A stretch of 63,969 bases of DNA, the filler included, from Guillardia theta CCMP2712 (taxonomy: Eukaryota; Protista; Cryptophyta), in NCBI RefSeq assembly GCF_000315625.1. It is 6 parts of 6 records of this genome, joined end to end, with 100 filler letters (N's around TTAATTAATTAA, not from the genome) between each part and the next. Parts side by side here need not be neighbours in the genome. Positions count along the whole stretch, not along the records: positions 46,520 to 60,733 come from NW_005434348.1; positions 60,834 to 62,832 come from NW_005434526.1; positions 62,933 to 63,969 come from NW_005434638.1; 3 more parts are not named here. The stretch is one strand, 5' to 3'. The notes under the pieces were generated by a model that made no database searches, was not told the DNA's origin, and saw only the letters and a program-made list of their open reading frames with translations. This document shows positions 55,620-63,969 of this stretch, piece by piece. The position numbers and the translations under genes were made by a program. The stretch's first letter is position 1. The number at the start of each line of letters is the position of its first letter.

Positions 55620-56480
55620 GCCCCATCGCTCCCTCGAAAGTCCCAGGGCCCCGCCCGTGACCGGCCGGACTGATCGGACCCGGTCCTACTACTCAAAGTT
55701 AAGTTAAAAATCAGTACGTCAATGACCACCACCGTCAGCCCGACTCAGCCGCCGTCCGACGGTCATGCCAGGCCCGGGGGGGGCGCTTGACGGACGGTCC
55801 GGCGGGAGCCGGAGTCCACTAACGGTAGTACCGTACGGGCCAGCCTGTTAGCCGCTGAGCCCTTTTACTTCCGCCGGGAGGAGCCTCCAGCCTCCATTGA
55901 CACGGCGTGATCGGACCGTCTGACGGTTGGTTCAACCTGCCAATGAGGGCCTAACTTTACTGCCCGCCGGGGGCCCGGGGGGCGGGGAGGGGCACTGCCG
56001 GTGGCTAGGCTCCACCGAGCGGCGGGGAGGGCCGGGCCGGGCAGCCGCCCCCACTGGGCCACAGTGACTCCGAGGCTGTGAGTCCGATCCCGGCGGCCCG
56101 GCGGGCGGCCCCGGCCCCGGGGCCCCCGGCGCGCCCGGGGCTCCCGGCCGGCCGCCGACGGTGCCGCCGGCCGGGCCGGGCCGGAGCCTGTGCCGGCCGG
56201 GCCCCCCCCGGGGCGTCCGACTGTACGGTCACTGAGGCTCAGAACGGTACGGTAACGGTAAAGCGGCTCCGTGCTGTCACAGTGACTTTAAAAAGACCGT
56301 GTGACTCGCCGACTCGAACTCAGCCTACGGTTTTTACTCAAAGTTAAGTGAGTTTTATTCTACTACTAGCCTAGTAAGAGGACTCTAGCTTTACTCAAAC
56401 TTTAGTTAAAGATCAGTACGAGCTAGTAACAGCCCAGTACGGTACTTCACTTGGAAAGACTAAAACTAGTAAAGACCGGC
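55620..56480. promoter_or_regulatory. GC/CpG-rich intergenic island between divergent genes with three copies of the dispersed motif
   Basis: CCGG-rich; motif at 55690, 56333 and 56390. Confidence 0.5.
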
Positions 56481-56970
56481 CCACCGTGACTGAACTCGCC
56501 TCACTTGGATAATAGTCCAAAATCAGAGGACAGAAAGTTTTGCATTTCACAGATCTCTAAATAGCCTTTCTGCCTTTCCTGGCTGCTTTGCCGGGATGCG
56601 CACCTGCTATCGTGGCAATTTTTCTCCTCCTGCTCCTCCTCCTGCTGCTGCTGCTGCTCCTCCTCCTGCTCCTCCTGCTCCTCCTGCTCCTCCTCCTCAT
56701 TCTTCTTCTTCTCTCACTCAATCTTGTGAGCTGCCTAGTACATCTCTGCTCTCCGATCTCTTTCATTTCCTCCGTCCTCTGTCTTTCCGACGCTGTCCTC
56801 TCTCCTCGTTTCCATATCTCCACCTGCTCCTCTGCCTCCTCTCCTGTTCTCCTCATCCAGCATCTGCTTTCCATCCTCTAGTCCCTTCACCGCATCCCGC
56901 CCGTCTCCCCGTTCTCATCGGAGCAAGACATCAGTACAGGGCTAGCGTGACGAGAAGGACAGCTTGCAAC

Positions 56971-58711
56971 ATGGCATTTCGATCTCAACAGCTCAGAACG
57001 AACACGATCTCTAAGGTTGTAGACACCTTGCCATCGCTCGTGTTACTCTCCTGCACTCTCCTGTGTGGGCAGTGGGTATGGCGGATTGTGTTTGCAACCC
57101 TCTTCGTCTTCTCTGCTCCAAGGATCTTTCGCGCTCCTCCACCAGATCCCGAATACATCCTGAAGCATGCGCCTCCTACCTCTTGCACGGAGAGCAGCGC
57201 GGCAAAGACGAGGGCTGGCGTGTCCAGGAGGCAGCTGGAGAATGCGATCAAGGAGGTGATGGAGCGACAGATCAGGAGGGGATCGCAGATCGGCCTGTCT
57301 GTGTCCGTCTATCTGCATGGGGAGGAGGTAGCCTCTGTGTGTGGAGGGATGTGCAGGACTCTGCGAGGGGGAGAGCGATGGAAGCCGGTTACCAAAGACA
57401 CGATCTTCATGTCTTACAGTGTGTGCAAGGGTGTATCAGCGACAGCGCTCCTGACGTGTGTAGACAGAGGAGAGTGCGAGTTCGATCAGCATGTGACGGA
57501 CATCTGGCCAGAGTTTGGGCAGGGAGGGAAGGAGGAGGTGTCTATCTCCGATGCTGTCTCCCACAGGGCTGGGATGACGGGGATCGGGCTGGGTGTAGTG
57601 ATGACGCACCTTGCTGCTCCTATCACGGGGTGGAGGAGAGCGTGGGAGGCAGGGCTGGCGTACATAGAGAGGTACAGGCCTGAATGGGAGCCTGGGAGCC
57701 TAGCAAGTTACCACTACGTCTCTTTCTCGTGGATTATTGGAGGGATCGTGGAACGAGCAGCGAAGTTACACATCCATGACGTTGTGCTGTCGAGGATTGC
57801 GAAAGTTCTCAAGGTGGAAGGGGAGATGTATCTTGGTCTGCTGCCTGTGGATAAGGAGAGCAGGACTGCGATGTTGGAATATCCTCCGCGTCCTTTCTTT
57901 CAGAACCGTCCTGTTGCTTCGTTCAGGGATCTTGTGCGATGGTTTGTTGCAGTGTTTGAGACCAAGGTGTTTGCCGGGATTGGGAATTCCTACATCTGGA
58001 GAAACCTTTGCCTGCCAAGCTCAAATGGATTCTTCACGTCTTACTCTGTCGGTGAGATGACTTGAGTTGTGAAGTTTACAGTGTTATGGGAAACCAGAAG
58101 GTAGAAGAGAGTTTCATGGAATTGAAGGAGGAAGACAACGAGTTGTAGCTATTGCACGCATGAACATAGACAAGAGTCCTATAGATTGTGCATACCGTAC
58201 ATCTTACAGGATGTGTTGCAGCAAAGATGTATGGAGCGCTTGCAAATAAGGGAAGCTTGTCGGACGGAACGACCCTTGCAAGATCTGAGACAGTCGACAA
58301 GCTTGTGAGACATTTTGTGTGATGTCTTTTCTCTGTTGACAAGTTTCACAGGTCAAAGATTGCAGCAACACCTGCCCGAATGTGAGCGAGAAGTCAAAGA
58401 AAGGACCCGCAATGAGAAGGTATGTGTCGTGCGCCTCACAACCTTGTAGTCAGATCGCAACTGATGATGTTGATTCGTAGCAATGGTTTCAATCCCTGGA
58501 GGAATGAAGCGATAGCAGGGCCAGATGATGGTCTCTTGTTGGTTCACAGCGGGATGGGGGGATGTCTAGGTGATGATGATGAGAATGATGATGATGATGG
58601 AGGAGGAGGAGGAGGAGGAGGAGGAGGAGGAGGAGGAGGAGGAGGAGGAGGAGGAGAGCAGAAGAAGCAGAAGCAGAAGCAGAAGCAGAAGCAGAAGCAG
58701 AAGCAGAAGCA

Positions 58712-58766
<55 letters not shown>

Positions 58767-58833
58767 GAGGAGATATTGATGACGATAATGATGATAGAGG
58801 TGGTGGTGGTGATGGTGGTGGTGGTGATGATAA

Positions 58834-58864
<31 letters not shown>

Positions 58865-59175
58865 AAGGATGGAGACGGGAGAAATAAAGGTGACGAGGAC
58901 ATGGAAAGGAAGAAGACTCTTGTGGAGCAGAATCAGCTTTCATTAGAGCAGTTATCGCGAATGGAAAGCTGACAACTCCACAGGTTTCGGTGAACCGTCA
59001 TCAGGATTGTCGGTGGCGATCTTGAAGAACAGCTACGAGTCTTATCTGTTTGTGAGTTTCTTCTCCTTGCACTTAAAATCAAATTTTGAAATCTCCCGCC
59101 ATCCAGCATCAGGAGTCGGTAACCCCGGACACGGTAGAGCTGGTGCAGGCTATCAGGCGGGAACTTCGGCAGTGA
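56971..59175 (+). CDS. Beta-lactamase-family (class C/EstB-like) serine hydrolase with N-terminal hydrophobic segments
   Basis: YSVCKG (SxxK), IWPEFGQGGK, SHRAG, WEPG...YHY, PSSNG, HSGMGG; last exon ...RRELRQ* at 59175. Confidence 0.9.
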
Positions 59176-59334
59176 GCGAAGTTGAAGGGAGCATGAAGCG
59201 TGGAGTGGAACATGAAACGTGTTCGAAATGTGTTCTTGAGTTCATGATTGCTCGGAGAAGATTTCAAACTCTAGCGACGATGATTTCAAACTCTAGTGAT
59301 GATTGCTCGAAAGAAGCCTCCTGCCCCCACCTGC

Positions 59335-60410
59335 TCAGCCCTCAGCGTCAACATGAGTAGAGGATGGGAAAAGGCGGCAGACCGGGCGGGAGGAAACGAC
59401 CTGAAGCCCCGCCTGAGAAGCGAGGTCGACGGGATCCTGCCAGATGGTAAGAGAATGGGGCCAGACGGGAGGATGGAAGGGGAATATGACTAGGAAGGGA
59501 GGGAGGGAGGGAGAGAGGGAGGGAGGGAGGAGGAGGAGGACAAGGAGGAGGAGGACAAGGAGGAGGAGGACAAGGAGGAGGAGGAGGAAGGTGTATGAGA
59601 AGCAACAACACACATAATCAATGGATAGCAACTACATAAATCAAGAAACAAGAACAAGACTGAGGAGGAGGCGGTGTTGACATGGCAGGTAACAGATGTG
59701 AATGCGTGTAAGCGAAAATTTTAGGGACGAACGTCAGTGACTTCCGCTTTTCTTCACCTGATCGTAAAACAACCCTTGCCACCCATCTTTGCTACCATGG
59801 GAGAAGTGAGCTTCTGATAGGATGCAAACACCTTGTTGTCTGATAACAAGATGTCAAGAACACCTCACACAAGACATGTTGCATCACCGCTGATTGAGTT
59901 TTCCAAGAGAAGGATAGTTCCTCCCGGTTTGCAAACTCTCTTCATTTCTCTCAGCTGTGTTGGACAATCACCAGAATAACAAGTGAATACAAGAAACACA
60001 CAGAACTCGATCCCAACAATCTTCCTCTCAAATTGCAAAGACAACATCACATCAAAGAGCATGACAATGAGAATTTTGAATTTCGACAACACAACAAGTG
60101 AATATACAGACAGTGACTATCTTATCTTCATCACCGCTTGTACAGGATCGGAGAAGACACAGAGTCCAAATGTGTCGATGACCGTGTCGAACTTTGCGTC
60201 AGGGAAATCAAGTTTCTGGACCTGTGAACTCTGTCAAGAAGAATCGATAGAGACAGGACATGAAAAAGCTCCTCTCCAAGCACTCTTGCATGAAACTGTT
60301 TGATTCTAACACGTTCGACTTATCAAAGAGCAAATCTCAACATACATTCATCTCGTAGAGCGTGAAACGATCTTTGAATGGTAGTGCTTGACGTTTGCTG
60401 CGAGCCTGGA
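59335..60410 (-). CDS. SAM-dependent methyltransferase (Methyltransf_11-like), 3' exons
   Basis: KLDFPDAKFDTVIDTFGLCVFSDPVQA, LREMKRVCKPGGTILLLE, GGKGCFYDQ. Confidence 0.85.
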
Positions 60411-62450
60411 GTATCGAAAATAAGTTGAGATCACAAGCAGGGGAGGGAGGGAGGAGGTCGGTAAAGAGCGAAACCGAAGGACAGGACAGGGGAGTGGAGG
60501 AAAAGAGGAAGAAGGGAGGAGAGGAGGAGGAGAAAGGACAGGGGAAATCTGGCGGACGGATGAGGAAAGGGAAAGAGAGGAGAGGAGGAGGAGAGGAGGG
60601 GAGAGGAGAGGAGGGAGAGGAGGAGGGAGGAGGAGGAGGAGGAGAGGAGGAAGGTGAGGAGAGGAGAGCGAGGTGAGGAGAGGAGAGGAGAGGAGAGGAA
60701 GGGAGGAGAGGAGAGGAGAGGAGAGAGTGAGAGNNNNNNNNNNNNNNNNNNNNNNNNNNNNNNNNNNNNNNNNNNNNTTAATTAATTAANNNNNNNNNNN
60801 NNNNNNNNNNNNNNNNNNNNNNNNNNNNNNNNNCCTCTCCTCTCCTCTCCTCTCCTCTCCTCCTACCTCTCCTCCTCCTCCTCTTCTTCTCTCTTCCTCT
60901 CCTCTCCTCCTCTTCCAGTCTGCTCCTCTCCTCTCCTCTCCTCTCCTCTCCTCTCCTCTCCTCTCCTTTCCTCTCCTCAACTTTTGCTTTCAGACATTCC
61001 TGCTCTGTCTCCTCCCCGGGGAGTCCCAGAGACGCTTGAGATGCTTCATAGCGCTGGGCTTCTGTCGTCTTCTGCAAGGGGGAGGAAGTTCAGCAAGAAG
61101 ACTGTCAACATGTTGTCGATTGTCTCACATCTACTGACATGATCATAGCAGTCGGACAACCTTGACGACGATCATTCAGGTGGAAAAAGATGTTTTGTTT
61201 CATGTCACACTGAAATGACATACTCTCAGATCAGTCCCATGTCGAGACGCCGAAGTCGAGCAGATCGTAATTGCAGGATGTTTCTTGTTGTTTCACTCAC
61301 AGACATTGTTTCTCAGATTGCAGACAAGGGAAGCAGGAAAGACGGTGAAGCTCTCAGTTGTTGTACCTTATTCTTGTGACGACTCTACTTGTAGCTCGAG
61401 GCGAGCAGGCATGAATGGAACAAGAACGATGAAGATGCGGATGATGCAAGACATGTTGCCGTTAACGATGATTATGATCATGACAATGAACGCCATCAAA
61501 GGGGAGGAGAAAACCAGAAGCCGAGCTCTGTTTTGGTATGATTTCTGACTTGGCTCTGCGCGTTGATGACGTTTGTGCCATTCAGGCAAAGGGTCGTAGA
61601 CATGAACTAGCTGCTCCTGCTATTTCATCGTCATCTTCAACCAGCACAACGCATGCTACCTTGACAACAACAAAGTTGTGTCGTAGTTGCTGCTGTTTCA
61701 TCGCTCATCATAAGTGTTCACAGGGAAAGAGAGCGAGCAAGCGTCGAAGATAAGAAAATGATTGTACAGCAGATGGCAGAAGGGTACAGAAACGTGTTTT
61801 GTCGTGCAATCATGTTATGATTTCATCTCGTTTGCAGAAGTATCCTGTCAATCTTTGACGTTGCTGAGCGAATTCGGAACGAGAAGAAGAAAGATGCAAT
61901 GAATATCGACACACAGCAAGCAGCAAAGTCCTCAAGAAACCACAATACAAGCACTGCTGACCTGTTCGATTCTATTAGTGTTGTTGTGTTCCCTTTGCCT
62001 TTTGACACCTACGGCAGACAACAACATGCCCACAACAAGCAAGAAACTCCCCCAACAAACAAGACAAGATCGTCAAAATCTCTTGCGCATGTAAGTTGTT
62101 TGTAATTCTTCCCTTGAAAACTCTGACTTCATCTCTGTTCGCAGATCTTGCTACCTCCACAACTTATCCCGTCAGGCGGGAGATGATGGAGATGAAAAAG
62201 GTTGTAGAAGTCAGACGGATATTATATCTGGTGCGTTGAGAAAATTCAGACGATGGAGAGGAGCAGAACAGATGCTGGCTTTTGTCTGTACAGACAGTTT
62301 TACTCACGGTTTGTGTTAACATCTATACATGAAAACATTACAAAGAAACAGATCTAGTCACCTTGTTAATAAACACAGAGCTTGAAAACAATAAGACTTG
62401 CAAAGATTCCATTCCTGAAAGACAATCCTCCACGCAACGACAACTCGTCA

Positions 62451-62645
62451 TCACACAACAATCGGCGGTGGCCTTGTCTTTGTAGATACATCATGATCGG
62501 GGACATCTATGTGCTCATTTCTCGCAATCGTCGTTGGTGTTTGTTTGAGTAGATACGTTTGCATCATCCCCTTTCCTTTGATTTGCATCCCAGTCCCTCT
62601 TGCTGAAAGCTCGCACCTCCATCTCGCTCGTATCCTCACCAACAT
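62451..62645 (-). CDS. C-terminal exon of a class III adenylate/guanylate cyclase
   Basis: RGTGMQIKGKGMMQTYLL matches the RGxxxVKGKGxMxTYxL motif; upstream part lost in a gap. Confidence 0.65.
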   Translation of the reverse strand: MLVRIRARWRCELSARGTGMQIKGKGMMQTYLLKQTPTTIARNEHIDVPDHDVSTKTRPPPIVV

Positions 62646-62673
62646 TTCTGTTTGTATAGATCAGTGACGTCAG

Positions 62674-62737
<64 letters not shown>

Positions 62738-62760
62738 TCCATCATCATCTCCATCATCAT

Positions 62761-62824
<64 letters not shown>

Positions 62825-62932
62825 TCCATCATNNNNNNNNNNNNNNNNNNNNNNNNNNNNNNNNNNNNNNNNNNNNTTAATTAATTAANNNNNNNNNNNN
62901 NNNNNNNNNNNNNNNNNNNNNNNNNNNNNNNN

Positions 62933-63900
62933 CCGTCGCTCACGCTCGTCGCATACGCGAAGCAATGTACCTGCTGTCTGTTGTGATGCGAGAAGATTCC
63001 CGCGACGTTGACGCCTGCGACATACCAAAATCACCCTCCTCCTCCTTATCCTCCTGCTCCTCCTGCTCCTCCTGCTCCTCCTGCTCCTCCTGCTCCTCCT
63101 GCTGCTGCTCCTCCTCCTTATCTTCCTGCTCCTGCTCCTGCTCCTCCTCACACCTGTCGTATGATCGCCAAAGTCGGACGAGAGGTAAGCTACTCTCAAC
63201 CTCCCGCCGACGTTGTCGACTCGAGCAAGAGAACCTGAGGCGAGCGGCAAAGGAGATCAGACTAGAGGAGATGCAGGAGAACAGAGCAGAAAGTAGGAGG
63301 AGGAGGAGGAGGAGGAGGAGGAGGAGACACTGACCAACAGGAGGAGGAGGAGCGAAGGAGAGTAGCGGAGAGATCTTCTCTGCCTTGTCAAGTATGTTTC
63401 TTGCGTATACACTGATTGACATACAGGTCTGCGAACCGTCAATGGCGGATAGAAATGTAGCGCAGAAGGAGAAGAGGAAGAGTAAGGAAGAAGAATGAGC
63501 AGGAAGAAATCCAGGAGGAGGAGGAGGAGGAGGAGGAGGAGGAGGAGCTGGAGGTGAGCAGAAGCAGAGGTAGAGGTCAGCAAGAACTTGTCAAGGATAA
63601 TAGGAAGGTGCTGATGGGAGGAGGAAGAGAGGGGCCGAGAAGGAGGCGAGGAGGAGGAGAAACTGGTGGTGGTGACGAGAACCAGCGGCATGGGGGAAGG
63701 AGGGAGAGGAGCGACGAGGGAGGGGAGGAAAGAGGTTCACCTCCTCTATGGAGAAAGGGAACGTGACAGCCTGCCGTCAAGCATTAAAACAGCAGCAGCA
63801 GGGCGGTACCGGAGGGATGTGAAGACTTTCCTGGTAGGGGGAGATGATAGGAACCGATTCCTCCGTCCCATCACTAACTGTTTTGGAGTTTGCTCTGGAG
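62933..63900 (-). CDS. O-GlcNAc transferase (OGT/SPINDLY, GT41) catalytic-domain exons, partial
   Basis: RLRVAYLSSDFGDHTTG spliced to VNVAGIFSHHNRQQVHCFAYATSVSDG. Confidence 0.85.
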
Positions 63901-63969
63901 AGAACAAGAAATCTTAGTCCTGTTTCTCTCCCCTTCTTTCCCTTCCTCCTCCTCCTCTCTCTCTCTCTC

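Noticed and set aside
56971-59175. Bacterial contamination or antibiotic-resistance gene
   Set aside because: Has spliceosomal introns; this esterase-like family is widespread in eukaryotes
59260-59304. 22-bp tandem duplication GATTTCAAACTCTAG
   Set aside because: Two copies only, in a 3' intergenic region; ordinary slippage
62451-63900. Cyclase-OGT fusion, or a signalling cluster with the receptor
   Set aside because: Separated by a padded gap of unknown size; linkage cannot be supported

Overview
Intron-rich eukaryotic nuclear DNA from a draft scaffold. Short ~45-50 nt GT-AG introns, microsatellite-filled introns and the gene content suggest a cryptophyte or similar alga (inference). There are several N gaps, five padded with a TTAATTAATTAA linker. 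Mobile DNA: a chromodomain-bearing Ty3/Gypsy LTR retrotransposon (7221-13161) with LTRs identical by eye, an intact pol, a broken gag and a GGGAAAC -1 frameshift site with a predicted pseudoknot. It is nested inside the Myb-like gene of a PIF/Harbinger remnant. A Harbinger-type MITE lies at 3795-4206. Recognisable genes: Rpp14/Pop5, a filamin-repeat secreted protein, a Cys-rich GPI-anchored surface protein, a TPR protein, a C2H2 zinc-finger protein, FAD synthase, a beta-lactamase-family serine hydrolase, a SAM methyltransferase, and fragments of a class III nucleotide cyclase and an O-GlcNAc transferase. The most notable candidate for a new system is a single-pass receptor (41175-38126, minus strand). 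It couples an extracellular Venus-flytrap (ANF-receptor/GABA-B-like) domain to a cytoplasmic RelA/SpoT-like nucleotidyltransferase domain, i.e. a possible receptor alarmone synthetase. A ~33-bp motif (TTTACTCAAAGTTAAGTT...CAGTACG) recurs six times, always on the + strand, at the edges of GC-rich intergenic islands.
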